Assembly (NCBI GenBank): GCA_951406725.2
Contig: OX597819.1
Span: 43,586,001 to 43,650,000 of the forward strand
DNA length: 64,000 nt
DNA from: Octopus vulgaris
Lineage: Eukaryota
Reading direction: 5' to 3'
Part shown: in pieces, positions 42,503-56,489 of the stretch
How positions within the stretch are numbered: the stretch's first letter is position 1
How the letters are laid out: every line of letters starts with the position of its first letter
The notes under the pieces: generated by a model
Database searches by the model: none
Told to the model about the DNA's origin: nothing
Seen by the model: the letters and a program-made list of their open reading frames with translations, nothing else
Position numbers and translations under genes: made by a program

Positions 42503-42899
42503 AGAGAGAGACCAATAGAAAAACAGAGAGGTAATCATAGAGGTACGTTGATATAATACATGAAGTAGGTAGCATACATGTATGTATATTGCTTTACGCT
42601 GCACGACATAAACCCGGTAAGCAAATTTTAGGGCATCTGCTTATCGTAGCTTATGCTCGCACGAGAAACACTACCCGCTGGGGCCTACTGTCACATATAC
42701 ATTATTGTAATTACTTTAAGTTTTTTTTATTTATACGATCGGAAATATATGTTAATAAGCGTGACATTTAAGCATTAGCTGTCATTAAATGAAGTTGGAT
42801 TCGCATAAATTAAATTTCATTTACTTTGAACACACTTGTGTTCGCACTTACACACCGCTCGCGCGCGCTCTGTACCTCTTTCTCTCTGTCTCTTTCTCT

Positions 42900-43400
42900 A
42901 CGTTATAAGAGTGGCAGAAAACGAGATGTTTCAAAGAAGGTGACACCAGCTACGATGACAAATCAAGGTTGTGAAAGATTAAGCCTTGCCTGAAATGATT
43001 GAATAACAGCCAAGCATAAGCACTTGTACATTGTCGGTAGAACTTGGTCCTTTACCCTTCACAAAGCATCATCAGTGGGCACCTTCATAAGCTCGGCCTT
43101 GCGAACAGACGCTATTAAGAAGTTCCTCATGAACTGACCAATGACCAGGCTGAACGGCGTGTCAACATTTGCAAACAACTGCTGGGAAATCACCGAGATG
43201 CTTGTTTTCGGCATCAAATTGTAATTGAAAATGCAAAAATGAATCATGACGAAAGAAATCGGTGGTTTCGTTTCGGCCAGGCTTCAGAACCTGTTGTCAA
43301 ATAAGGGCGGTTTGACCAGAAGGTCAAGGTGCAAATAATTTTTATTTGCTTCTAAGCCAGCCAAATGCTATAAGCGTGGCTTGAGCTTCTGACACAACTA
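42900..43400 (+). mobile_element. mariner transposase fragment, heavily decayed
   Basis: Plus strand reads FKEGDTS...HLHKLG...EVPHELTNDQAERRVNICKQLL. Confidence 0.8.
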
Positions 43401-43824
43401 TGGCAGTAGACAATAGAATATGATGGGATATATTTTACTGTATAAGCGCTTTTCGTATGTAATTCGTTTGAGCTTTTTATGAAAGCTTGAAATATGTGTG
43501 TATAGGTCTACTGTTGTTCTATATGTATGCAAAATCATAAATATTAAAAGTACTCAATATAGGCCATTCGTAAAATTCATCATCCCTCCTTTCTCCACAA
43601 AACAAAATAGAAGTTTGGAGATAATTTATATCTACCCACATACACTACAAACTCAACTAATTAATCAAAATTAGAAGATTGTTGAACATTTTCTTTCTAG
43701 ATTTTCATTGAATCATTTTGATCTACGTTTTTGTCACTGCCTTTCGTTAATTAGAAATGTATTTAGATAGATTAATGTTTTCGCACATTAATATAAATAC
43801 CTTGTGTATCAACAATATATAAGA

Positions 43825-44447
<623 letters not shown>

Positions 44448-44973
44448 CAATCTAAAGCATCCAGAATAACTACTTATATATAATTTCCATTAGTTATATT
44501 CAACCAATCGAAGGTCTGGATATTTCAATTTAGAAAAATAAAAATGAATAAATGTATATGAAAAAAAAAAAATTTGACTAACTTATAATTTAAATAAAAG
44601 AAAGAAATAAGCAAGCAAATAAACAAGCACGCAAAAAACAGACAGTATTCATGACAAGTATATATATATATATATATATAAAAGAGAACGAAAGCGAAAA
44701 AGAAATTAAAAAAATGAAAAGAGATACCGTCTTTATTACTTATATGATTGCTAACATCTTTTAAAACGTTAATAGCAGAATCATTAACAAAACCCCGCCA
44801 TGTTGAGAATAGATTCCGAAAATGGCACTATCCACAAAAATAATGAAAATAAACTAAAATTCTATGAATTCAACATATGTACGTATGTGTTTGTACATAG
44901 ACAAATATGTATATATATATGTATTATGGGTGTATGTATGTACTTATGAATGTATGTATTTGTGTTTGCATGC

Positions 44974-45031
<58 letters not shown>

Positions 45032-45328
45032 ATGTATATATGTATATAACAACAAAAAGAAAGTAACTCGAAGAATAAAATTCGTATTTCTTGTATTTCT
45101 TCTTCTCTACCATTTCCCAGAAGAGGCAGCAGAGAAAACCATTAATAGGATTTAATAAATAGAAACATGAACATTTTATATATTTAATTTAAGGAAAGAC
45201 ACGACTCATTTCTGTAAATTGTAAAATGGAGGTCCGTTAGTAAAAGAAGCTATATACCATTATAAATCTCGTTAGATTTAGTGATAACTTTCATTGAGAG
45301 GTCTGACAAGTCGAAAGGTCTCTCTCTC

Positions 45329-45359
<31 letters not shown>

Positions 45360-46013
45360 CACTCCCCCCCTCTCTCTCTCACTGTCTCTTTTTTCTCTTC
45401 TCCGCTCTCTTTTTCATTCTCTCTCTTTCTCTCAAACTTAATTTCATTACTTTGCAGATATTTTAATTTGGGAACAAGGATAATTATAATAATAATAATA
45501 ATTTTTTTTTTTGTGGGGTATATATTTTTATATTTCTTCCACCAACTTTTCCGAAACCTGGTCTTTTAATTGGTTTTATTTTTCTTTTTAACTTCATCCT
45601 TTTACTTGTATCATTCATTGGACTGCGGCCATACTGGGGCACCATGTTGAGGACTTTAGCCGATTAAATTGCCCCCAATATTTATTCATTTAAGGCCCGT
45701 GAGCTGGCAGAATCGTTACAGCCCCGAAAATATTCTTAGTGGCATTTCTTCCGACTTTACGCTCTGCGTTCAAATGCTGGCAGAGCCGACATTGCCTTCC
45801 ATCCTTTCGGATTCAATTAAATAAGTACCAGTCGAGCACTGGGGTTGATGTAATCAACTTGCACTCTCCACAACAATTGCTGGCCTTGTGCCAACGTTTG
45901 AAAACAATATTTATTCATTTACAAATTTTGTGTTCCTGGATATTTTGCCGACTCATTTGCGTAAACGTTATGTTACGGTGTCATAAACAATCCAACACCT
46001 GTTGCCAAGTATA

Positions 46014-46482
46014 CTAAAAAAGTATATTGTTGCTTTGCTTTAGGGTGTGCCTCTATTTCAAATATATGAACTACTGCCGAAGATTCCCAGTGATCTGATC
46101 AACGGAACAGCCTGCTCGAGAAATTAACGCGCAAGTGGCTGAGCACTCCACAGACACTCACATATACAGACGTGTACAATGGACTTCGCAGAGTTTTCGT
46201 CCACTAAATCCACTCGTTAGGTATTGGTCAGCTCGACCCTGCAGTAAAAGACACTTTGCAAATGTACCACGCTGCGAAATTGATCCTAAACCAAGGGGTA
46301 GTGAAGCGGACTAATTAACCACGCAGCCAAACCTACATCTGCTTCTCAAACAAGCCGTCACACCCACACCTTGAATATTTATTTTTATTATTTAACTGGG
46401 GCTTCCAGACTGGTGAGATCGTTGCGGTAGGTATTTATATAGGGCAGCGCCTGTAAGATGAGTCACAGAGAGAGAGAAGGGG

Positions 46483-46536
<54 letters not shown>

Positions 46537-47891
46537 ACGACGAGAGAGAGAGAGAGAGAGAGAGAGAAAAAAAAACTTTGTATGGTTACAACTTTGAAAA
46601 ATAGCAACTGAATCTTTCTCAAATTACAGAGTACCCTACTGTGTTTAAATAAGGAAAAGAAACATTACGCAATGATAATCATGCATATACTTAAAAGCCA
46701 ACAAGACGGTCACAGATGGAATGCATTTGATCGTATATGGGTATAATAACCAAATAAACATCAACAACGTGCACAACAATTGCAATAAACTGCAGTTCGG
46801 AGAAGGACTGATATAGTGTGGGGGGATGCTTAATGTAAGGTTTGAGAGTAAACAGAGTAAAGCTTACTTTTTATTTCCTGAATCTGGAGTGCCTTTGACC
46901 TTTGCCCGTCTTCGATATCAAAAGGAATTCATGCAATTAATATTCCTAATAAACTTTTGTAAGTCAATACTTAGAAGAAAGTCATGAGTATGGAGGTTAA
47001 TACAGTAGGTTGAGTTTCAGGAATGGAAGGGCTCAGAGTTTTGTTTTGAGCAGGGCTTATGCGAAGATGAAGAGAATTAGAGTGACGAGTGGAACAAGAA
47101 TATCTAAATGAAAGTGGCATGAGCTCAGTAAGTTTCAAGGTGTAAGCTGTTTTTTCTTTATCTTTTTAATTCTCGAGTCGCAGGGTACATAAGGCTGGTC
47201 ATTCGGTTTCCATGACGTATAAGTAACCAAGATCAAAACATTCCCTTGAACAGAATGCGGTCTGTTGCAGAGCTCAAGGCCAGCAATTGTTGACGGGGTG
47301 CAATCAATTGCTTTGATCCCAGTACTTGATAGGTACTTTATTTTATCGATCCTGACGGGATGAAAAGCAAATACATATAAGCTAAGTTGACTCAAAACCT
47401 AAAAAACTCGCCCGGCCGGGGGACATTTTTAAACACCAGGAAAGAAATATTCAGTCAATGTCCGTATCCAAAAAAGGTTTCCTACAGCTGATTTGGAATT
47501 CCCTATTCGTTGAATAGTCCTACTGCAGTTCCTTCGAATATCACCACGGTTGTAGTCAATGTGAGTGGGATAACCCCGTTTTACCTGCAGCACGCACAAT
47601 TATTTTTTGTTTACAAAACCAGCTAACCGTTATGATTTTTTTCTTTCAGTTGTAGAGAAGTTATGTGCCTTCAGCTATTTAAGACTGACGAATCACCTAA
47701 GGCACGAAACCAATGGTCACTCTATGACCGACCCTAACTTTTAACTTCCTAAAAAGTATATTGCTGCTTTGCTTTAGGGTGTGCCTCTTTTTCAAATATA
47801 TGAGCTGCTGCCGAACGTTCCCAGTGATCTGATCAACGGAACAGTCTGCTCGGGAAATTAACGTGCAAGTGGCTGAGCACTCCACAGACAC
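46014..47891. repeat. local direct duplication of about 143 bp (46014-46157 and 47749-47891)
   Basis: About 9 substitutions and 1 indel by eye; it spans a flank-plus-SINE junction, so it is not simply two SINE copies. Confidence 0.88.
46405..46465 (-). promoter_or_regulatory. candidate Pol II core promoter: AP-1 site, TATA box, initiator
   Basis: Minus strand TGACTCA (46465-46459), TATATAAATA (46441-46432) and CCAGT with its A at 46411, 30 nt from the TATA start; (CT)n tract upstream. Confidence 0.4.
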
Positions 47892-48112
47892 CTCTACCCT
47901 TAACGTAGTTCTCAAGGAAATTCAGCGTGACACAGAGTGGAACAAGGCTGGCCCTTTGAAATACAGGTATTACTCATTTTTTGCCAGCTAAGTGAACTGT
48001 AGCATACTGAAATAAAGTATCTTGCTCAAGGATACAACGCCTCGCTGGGAATGAACTCATGAGCTTACGATCGTGAGCCAAATACCTTAACCACTAAGCC
48101 ACGTGCCTTCAC
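47815..48112 (-). mobile_element. tRNA-derived SINE (family of 2038-2345)
   Basis: Head at about 48045-48112 (aaccactaagccacgtgccttcac); body shared with 37000-37140. Confidence 0.82.
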
Positions 48113-48224
48113 GATATGTATACACACACACACTCACACACACATACACACAGAGACACAGACACACATACAGACACACATTCGATTTTCAAAAGTTTGT
48201 TGTGGAGCAATGTTGCAATACATA

Positions 48225-48450
48225 CACGAAAGAGTGCCGAAAGGTTCCTGGCTTTAAGGGTGTCGCGAAAGGCCTGGTTGGAGTTCTTTTACAAGGCTTA
48301 GAGTTCTTTTACGGAGCTTAGAAAAATGGAGGACCGTTGCAATAAGTGTGAGAATCGGAGACGGAAATATGCAGAAAAAAAATCATAATTAACTGACCTT
48401 TCTGTATTTTCTCGTACCCCAAACCAGGAACTTTCAGCCCCAATTCGTAC
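48225..48450. mobile_element. mariner-type MITE (family of 29913-30133)
   Basis: Degenerate TIRs; internal homology in reverse orientation. Confidence 0.7.
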
Positions 48451-48844
48451 ATGCACACACGCGCGTGGACAGACTTATACATACATATATGTATATATGT
48501 ATATGTATATTTATAAAGGCTTTTGCTGTGAGAGCGCTTGATTTGGCGACAGCATAGTCCGGAACATATCCATGTAAATCTGTATAGAGTTATACATATA
48601 TATATATATATATATATACATTAAGATGTGCTGGGAAACTGCACTTTCTATATTTGTACATTAAAATCAATATCTTAATAGGATATTAAAATAATTGTTT
48701 AATTAATATTTCTTGGGACATTAATTAATGTTTCTATACATTCATGTTCGCGATTTATAATTGTTTAGGGACACGGCTAAATGTCAGTTGGAAATATGTG
48801 CTAATGTTTGTTTTTGTGTTCACTTATAATAAAAAATAATTTAA

Positions 48845-49015
48845 CCTTAATCTGTTGGGTAACTCTGTACTTTTGTAGAATACAAATTTATTATTTTAAA
48901 AGAAGAATAATGCTGATAGTGACTTCGAAGTTTGGATCAGTTAAATCATCATCCGACGATGGCTTAACTAGAGGAAACTTCGTGGTTACTGTCAACAGTA
49001 TTCTTGTTTAAGAAT

Positions 49016-49020
<5 letters not shown>
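48845..49020. mobile_element. Penelope-like inverted terminal-repeat remnant (family of 13693-14002)
   Basis: Two imperfect inverted arms meet at about 48953; ccgacgatggcttaactagaggaaacttcg is a degenerate hammerhead-like motif. Confidence 0.6.
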
Positions 49021-49099
<79 letters not shown>

Positions 49100-49246
49100 A
49101 TATATATATAATTATTATTCTTAAACAAGAATATATATATATATATATAATCATTCTTAAACAAGAATATTGTTGACAGTATATATATATTTGCATATGT
49201 GTATATATATATGTATTTATGTGTATACATAGGTGTGCGTATATAT

Positions 49247-49311
<65 letters not shown>

Positions 49312-49350
49312 TATGTATATATGTATATATATGTATATATGTATATATGT

Positions 49351-49384
<34 letters not shown>

Positions 49385-49492
49385 ATATGGCGGTGCCCGA
49401 ACATGTCCACAGCTCGTGAGCTGTAACTAGATAAATTGAAAATGAATGTATATTTATATATGTATATATATATTACTATATGTATATATATG

Positions 49493-49546
<54 letters not shown>

Positions 49547-49569
49547 TTTGTGTGTGTGTATATATATAT

Positions 49570-49865
49570 ATATATATAAATGATGGACTCTCTCGTCGTT
49601 AGACGACGTATGAGTATTCGACAATTTACTCTCGAACAGCCACACAGATGATTTGTTCATAGTGATCAAATGTTTGTGTACACATAAGCTCGACCCCTCC
49701 ATCAAATCGACATTACTTGTACAGGCACACCGTGTCCCACATGTCATGTGACGAAATCATCGCAGAGCAACGGTAAATGAAGTACTTTGCTGAAGAACAC
49801 AACGCCCGGTCTGGTAATCGAACCTGCAATCTCGCAGCCATGAGTGCAACACGCAAGCCACTAAT
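49570..49865 (-). mobile_element. degenerate tRNA-derived SINE
   Basis: Head aacgcccggtctggtaatcgaacc; the tail resembles the reverse complement of about 33010-33250. Confidence 0.65.
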
Positions 49866-50272
49866 CTATACATATAAATATATATGTATATAATACATAC
49901 ATACATGCATACACCCCCCCCCCCCACATATATATATACTTTATTAGTAGGTAAACAAGACCACCAATGGTTTCAAATGAAGAGAACTTTTTTCACAATT
50001 GCTCAAGTTTGTCACATGGAATTCTTTGTGCTTCTTCCCATTTTGGATGGGAATTCACGAGGTTACACGAGACTAAGCGGAATTTCGAAATAAATACAGA
50101 GGTTTCGGGAGGTAACTTATAATAATAGCTTGCTTGTTATCTCCCTTGAATTACCCCAGATTTCTGCAAGGAACTGCGTTCATCACAGTGTAATTAATCC
50201 TTTAATTTTGTTACACGCGAACGCTTGTGAACCCTTGTACTCTCAAATACACATACGTGTACACATACATGC

Positions 50273-50331
<59 letters not shown>

Positions 50332-50499
50332 ATTCACACAGGCACACGCACACACGCGCGCATATACACTCGTGCAACATGTGTTTTCTTCATGCTTGTG
50401 TCTGCATATAATTCGGGAGTTTCATAGATCTTTAACTAAAAACTTGGGTGTATGGCGTTGTCAGTTCATAAGTTACTATACATTTGTTTTCTCAAATAT

Positions 50500-51355
50500 G
50501 TACTACGCATATAAATCTGTGTAGTTAGAGGATCTAGCACAAGTTCAAATGAGTATATGTCTTTAATATTTTATAAACATATAAAGCATAATGTTCATAT
50601 AATCGATATCCAAAAACTCACTCAGGCTGGAAAGGTGGAAGAGTTGTTGTGTGGTTGGGGTCATCCTGAAATTTTGCCATATGAATTGTTTATTATGTAT
50701 GTAAGGGAAAAAGGTTTCCTCCCTAAAATTTATAAGTTCATTGTTCATTCTATATTTTATTTGCATTTGCTGTCCCTGTCCCCTATATTCACTGGCATTA
50801 GTTATGATGCTGCAGTTTATATAGTAGCATCATATAAACTGATCCCATCTAATGTAATGTCCATACTATATTTTGTTCCTGAAGAAAGCCAAAAGCTGCG
50901 TATACCGCGTTTTGCATTCCAGTGTAAGTTTTATTGCTGTTTCATTCAAATCCATGATGCTAGCCTTGTACACCAGTTCTTTTTCAGACACTTATTGTTC
51001 AGGGGACAGTTATCCAGGGATCTACAATTATAGGATCTTTGAGAGGTATTCTTATATTTCTTATTCTTATTGTGATTGAAAATCATCGATCCTATGCTGG
51101 GGAGGCAACTATAGCTGACTTTAACCGTATTTCTCTCGAAGATCTTCAGGTATTTATGTGAGTATGAAAAGTAGGCATCTATGAGTTTCAGAAATTTTCT
51201 AGCTATAATCGTAGCCACATTCAGGCTGTATGGAGGATTATTTTATTGTATTTTCCTCTGTCTACGTCTTTTTAACCTATGTTTGGTTTAATATGTTATA
51301 CTATTTTAAAAATTGGTCCTTTCTAATGTGCCGTTATAATATAGGAAAGCCTTTT
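50500..51355 (-). mobile_element. Penelope-like element 3' fragment (linker plus GIY-YIG), decayed
   Basis: ARKFLKLID...KIFERNTVKVSYSCLP...NCRSLDNCPLNNKCL in ORF 50946..51218 is typical of Penelope-like ORFs. Confidence 0.88.
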
Positions 51356-51789
51356 TGCAATTAAACAAATATGTGCCTATGTATGTATGTATGTATGTAT
51401 GTATGTATGTATGTATGTATGTATGTATGTATGTATGTATGTATGTATGTATTTATGTATGTATATATGTATGCATGTATGTATGTATGAATGTATGTCT
51501 GTGTGTATGTATTTATGTATGCGTGTGTGTGCGCTCGCTCGCTTGCGCGTGTTTTTGCGTGCATGTATGTGTATGAATTATGAATGAATGTATGTATGTA
51601 TGTATGTATGTATGTATGTATGTATGTATGTATGTATGTATGTATGTATGTATGTATATGTATAGACAAATCGAGGAACAAAAGAATGACAGGTATAGAA
51701 CATGAGAAGTCAGTTGGACGTACATAGTGAATATATTAAATTGACACTCAGGAAAAAATAAGAAGCAAATACGTCGGAAAAAGTATATA

Positions 51790-52185
51790 CACTTTTATTT
51801 GTTTCAGACATTTGTCTGCGGCCATACTGGAGCACCGCCTTTAGTCGAACAAATCGAACCCCAGGACTCATTCTTTGTAAGTCTAGTCCTTATTCTATCG
51901 TCTCTTTTGCCGAACCGCTAAGTTTGGTTTAATATGTTATACTATACACACTAACCCACTAACATCGGTTGTCAAGAGATGGTGGGGGACATACACAGAC
52001 ACACAAACATACACACACACATATACGACAGGTTTATTTCAGTTTCCGTCTACCAAATCCACTCATAAGGCTTTGGTCGGCCTGAATCTACAGTAGAAGA
52101 CACAAGGTGCCACGCAGTGGGATTGAACACGGAACCATGCGGTTGGTAAGCAAACTACTTATCACAAAGCCATTCCTTCGCCTAT
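51790..52185 (-). mobile_element. abundant SINE carrying a foreign 24-bp insert
   Basis: Homology to 13241-13691; insert at 51922-51945. Confidence 0.85.
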
Positions 52186-52728
52186 GTATATATCTTCTGT
52201 ATTTAACTTTTTTCAGTCATTGGACTGCAGCCATGCCGGCTTACTGCTTTGAAGGTTGTAATCGAACAAATCAACCTCAGTCTTTGTTTTAAAGTCTGTT
52301 AGTTATTTTATCCATTTCCTTTCCTGAAACACTAGGCTACAAAGACGTAGTTTGTCGACCGATGTGGTGAGCCGGCGAATAAGGTAGAAGACAAGACAAG
52401 GCACTGCGCTGCGGCAGTGAATCCGACACAGTGTGGTTGTAAGCAGGCGTCTTAACCAAATAGCCATGCCAGCACTTCAAGAAAATGTATATTAATATAT
52501 TTAATATACAAGTATAAAAATGCGACGAGCTGGCAGAATCGTTAGCACGCCGGGAAAAATGCTTAATGGCATTTCGTCCGTCAATACAATCAGAGTTAAA
52601 ATTCTTTCGTGGTTGATAAAATATGTATCAGTTGCGTACTGGGGTCGATGAATCGACTTAGACCCTTTCTTGAAATTGCAGAGCTTGTGCCAAAATTTGA
52701 AGCTTATTAGTTTCAAATTTTAACTATA

Positions 52729-53115
52729 AACAAATGCACTCAGAGAAGCGTAAACCTCCGCCAAAGCAACACCAACGTCCTCTCAACGATTATCCAGAGA
52801 TGATTTTCAAAATGAGAATATCTGAAATAAATTCGAATGCTCTCATAAACGAGAATACTAAAAATGAACCCGACCGCTCTCAAAAATTAAGTAAAAAAAT
52901 AATAAAAAAACAGGAAAAATAATCCAGAATCCTGGTTCGTTATCGGATAGATCCCAAAATCTAATCAGTTCGTGCCAGTCACGAGGCCAAACATCCCTGA
53001 AAGTTTCATCTAAATTCATCTAGCGGTTCTTGAGATATCTTGTCCACAAACAAACAAACAAACAAACAAACACGACTGAAAACAATACCTTTCGCTTTCG
53101 CTAAGGCGGAGGTAA
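52729..53115 (+). mobile_element. Helentron-associated (HINE/DINE-1-like) non-autonomous element
   Basis: 5' subterminal acctccgcc (about 52754) is complementary to 3' ggcggaggt; (ACAA)n near the 3' end; terminal hairpin tacctttcgc...ggcggaggta. Confidence 0.7.
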
Positions 53116-54288
53116 TAAGGCGATGAGCTGGCACAATAATTAGCACACCAAGCAAATTGCTTCGTGGCACTTCGTTGTCTTTACGCTCCGAGTTCAAATT
53201 CCGTTGAGGTTGACTCTACCTTTCATCCTTTCGGGGTCGATAAAATAAGTAAGTACCAGTTGAATACTGGGGTCAATGTAATTGACTTTCCCTCTCCCTC
53301 GAAATTGCTAGCCTTGTGCCAAATTTGAAATCATCTTTATTATTCTTATTATCCTTATTATTTCTTTATTTTGCATAAGGGCGATAGAGGAATCACAAAA
53401 GCACACACATCCCAGAATTGGTGATGATGGTGTTATGGTCGATAAAATAAATATTATTTGAGGGTTGGGTCTCGATGTAATTGACATCCCCCCCTCGAAA
53501 TTGCTGGCCTTGTGCCATAACTTGAAATCAATATATAACTATGAATACATAAATACTATATCGTTTAGCTTTTACTTGTTTCAGTCATTAGACTATGGCC
53601 ATGCTGGGATACCGCCTATACTTACATCGTATCTAATTTGTCAGTAGTTTTTCTATATGTAAAAACACAGAAGATTGTATGTATGACTTAATACACCTTT
53701 AATGATATCTGACAGCTCCTTTTTTAATGAGAAAACCAGCATTCTGAATTGATAGCTAGTAACATTTATTTATTACGAGGTCAATCATAAATACTCTTAT
53801 ATATTTTCGTCTGCTAATTTCGTTCCGGCTGGTTTATACAAAAGCGACCTCATTCCATTTTTTCCATAAACAGGACTTAAATGTGTAGCTTTCCTTTTCG
53901 TCTCTGCAGATGAGTGTTTAGTGTATAAAAAAATGCAAACAAAACAAAGTATATGAAAAAAAAAATTAATTAATTTCTGGAGTAATTTTAATTAGGCGGT
54001 TCTCTTTTATTATCTACTGGCATGGACTCCGTTGTTCTCTAGTGTATATATATATATATATGATGTAAATGTATAATTGCATACATAGATATATGCATTA
54101 ATGACCACGTGTGTGTGTATGCATCATGTGTGTGTGTGTTGTATCTGTATATGAATGTGTAACGTATGTATGTATGTATGTATGTATGTATGTATGAATG
54201 AATGTATGCAGGCACGCAAGCACGCATGTATGTATGTATGTATGTATGTATGTATGTATGTATGTATGTATGTATGTATGTATGTATG

Positions 54289-54347
<59 letters not shown>

Positions 54348-54528
54348 TCAAATATATATCAATTCCTGTTTCATACTAATCATTATGTCTTTGTGTATGT
54401 GTATGTGTGTTTGTTTACGCGTGTTTCCGCATATATGCCTATTTGTATATAAATGGATATGTATATACATACACACACATGTGTGAGTGTGTGCTTATAT
54501 TATATTTCCATATGTATATATATGTATA

Positions 54529-54582
<54 letters not shown>

Positions 54583-55319
54583 TAGATGCCCAACAGTGTA
54601 AAAAATTCGAGACGAGTAAAGAGCTTACTGCAGTGATGTACCGTGTGATATAAATTATTTTAAGCTTAAAGTACATAACGACTATAAATTTCAAGTTTTA
54701 TTGAATTAAAAGTCATAAAAATGTATGAAATAAAACACACACGCGCACACATAAACACACACACAGACACACACAGACACACAGACTATATGCAACGGAC
54801 CCCCAACCATGTAGACAAGGTTGATATGAGCATTTAGGCAGCGTTTGTTCTTGCTATTATTTGCTTAGATTTTATTTTTTTGTTTTTCCTCCCCTATTTC
54901 TGCTTTGCACTCTATTTCGAAAAAGGACTAAATCCGAAACGTGATTTTAATTACCACCATCTCTGAACTTGAAACAAAGATAATTTTGGTAGTAAACTAT
55001 TTTTTCTTTCTTTTTGTTCTTTCGCTAACTGTCGGTCTGTCTGTCTGTTTTTCTCTGTTTGTCTCTTCCTCCGTCTCCCACCTTCCCTGTTTTTCCTCCC
55101 TTCCTTCCTTCCTTCCTTCCTTCCTTCCTTCCTTCCTTCCTTCCTTCCTTCCTTCCTTCCTTCCTTCCTTCCACACTCCCTCACTCCATCCATCCATCCA
55201 TCCATCCATTTTTCTCTGTCTCCCTCTTTATCTCTATATCTATCTATCTAGCTAGCTACCTATTATACAAACATACACATACCCATACATACACATACCC
55301 ACACATACACTTATGCTTT

Positions 55320-55650
55320 AATTCTTTTATTCCTTTACTTGTTTCGCCTTTAGTCGAACAAATCGACCACTTTGTAAGCCTAGTACTTATTCTATCGGTC
55401 ACTTTTGCCGAACCGCTAAGTTACGGGGACATAGACACGCCAACATCGGTCGTCATACACACACACGTACACACACACACACACACGACGGGCTTCTTTC
55501 AGTTTCTGCCTACCAAATCCACTCACAAAGCTTTGGTCGATTCGAGGCTAAAGTAGAATACACTTGCCCAAGGTGCTGCGCAGTGGGACTGGACCCGGAA
55601 CCATGTGATTGGTAAGCAAGGTGCTTACAACACAGCCACTCCTGCGCCTA
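55320..55650 (-). mobile_element. abundant SINE with internal deletions
   Basis: Homology to 13241-13691. Confidence 0.85.
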
Positions 55651-56129
55651 GATAAAATTTACAGAAAAATGAGCTAAGTGTGGTAGGTGACATATAGACA
55701 AAGGCAGACATATCAAATACCATACAACATAAATTCTTGACTTATGAAAGTTATTTCTAACTCTAGAGGATAAGTCACAATTGCCAAGCGGCAATTGAGA
55801 GCAACTACATATGAGAAGTGAAAATAATCTTAAGGCTCTAGAATTCTCCGGAGTTGATACACTGTTAATGAAAGAGACCGGCTTATTGTGTGGAGATACG
55901 CAGGTAGTCGAGGACACGTGTTTCTGCCTCAATATGCGTTATCAGCACGTATGTTCTGAGGCACGTATTGATGTTCTTTTAAATGTTAGACTAGTGAAAC
56001 CATAATTTATTGTCGATTTGTTAAGCTCTGTAACCTGAAGATGACATGGTAAATTGCCAACCGAAATATCATATCAGCAGCAGATTGACAAATGGCAAAA
56101 TTGATCGAAAGACACATACGTGTATCCCT

Positions 56130-56136
56130 AATAATA

Positions 56137-56180
<44 letters not shown>

Positions 56181-56214
56181 AATAATAATGCTGCTGCTGC
56201 TGCTGCTGCTGCTG

Positions 56215-56280
<66 letters not shown>

Positions 56281-56308
56281 ATAATAATAATAATAATAAT
56301 GATAATAT
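56130..56308. repeat. (AAT)(GAT)(GCT)(ACT)(AAT) compound trinucleotide tract
   Basis: Direct reading. Confidence 0.95.
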
Positions 56309-56311
56309 TAG

Positions 56312-56486
56312 AGGGTCATTTTGAGCGGGATGGGCTACTCGACCTGAAGAAAATTCTAACTGGGCCCCCACCTGCAAGGTCATGCGCTGTTTATCTTGAT
56401 ATGAAGTCACCATGTTGTGCACATATGGCTGTGATGCATGTGCATGGTGTACCCTTATCAGACGGGTAGTCATGATGGGTATACTA
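56312..56486 (+). mobile_element. partial copy of the non-coding (AAT)n-associated element at 60539-61081
   Basis: Matches about 60854-61025; preceded by (AAT)n and cut off where the Penelope-like element begins. Confidence 0.85.
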
Positions 56487-56489
56487 GAA

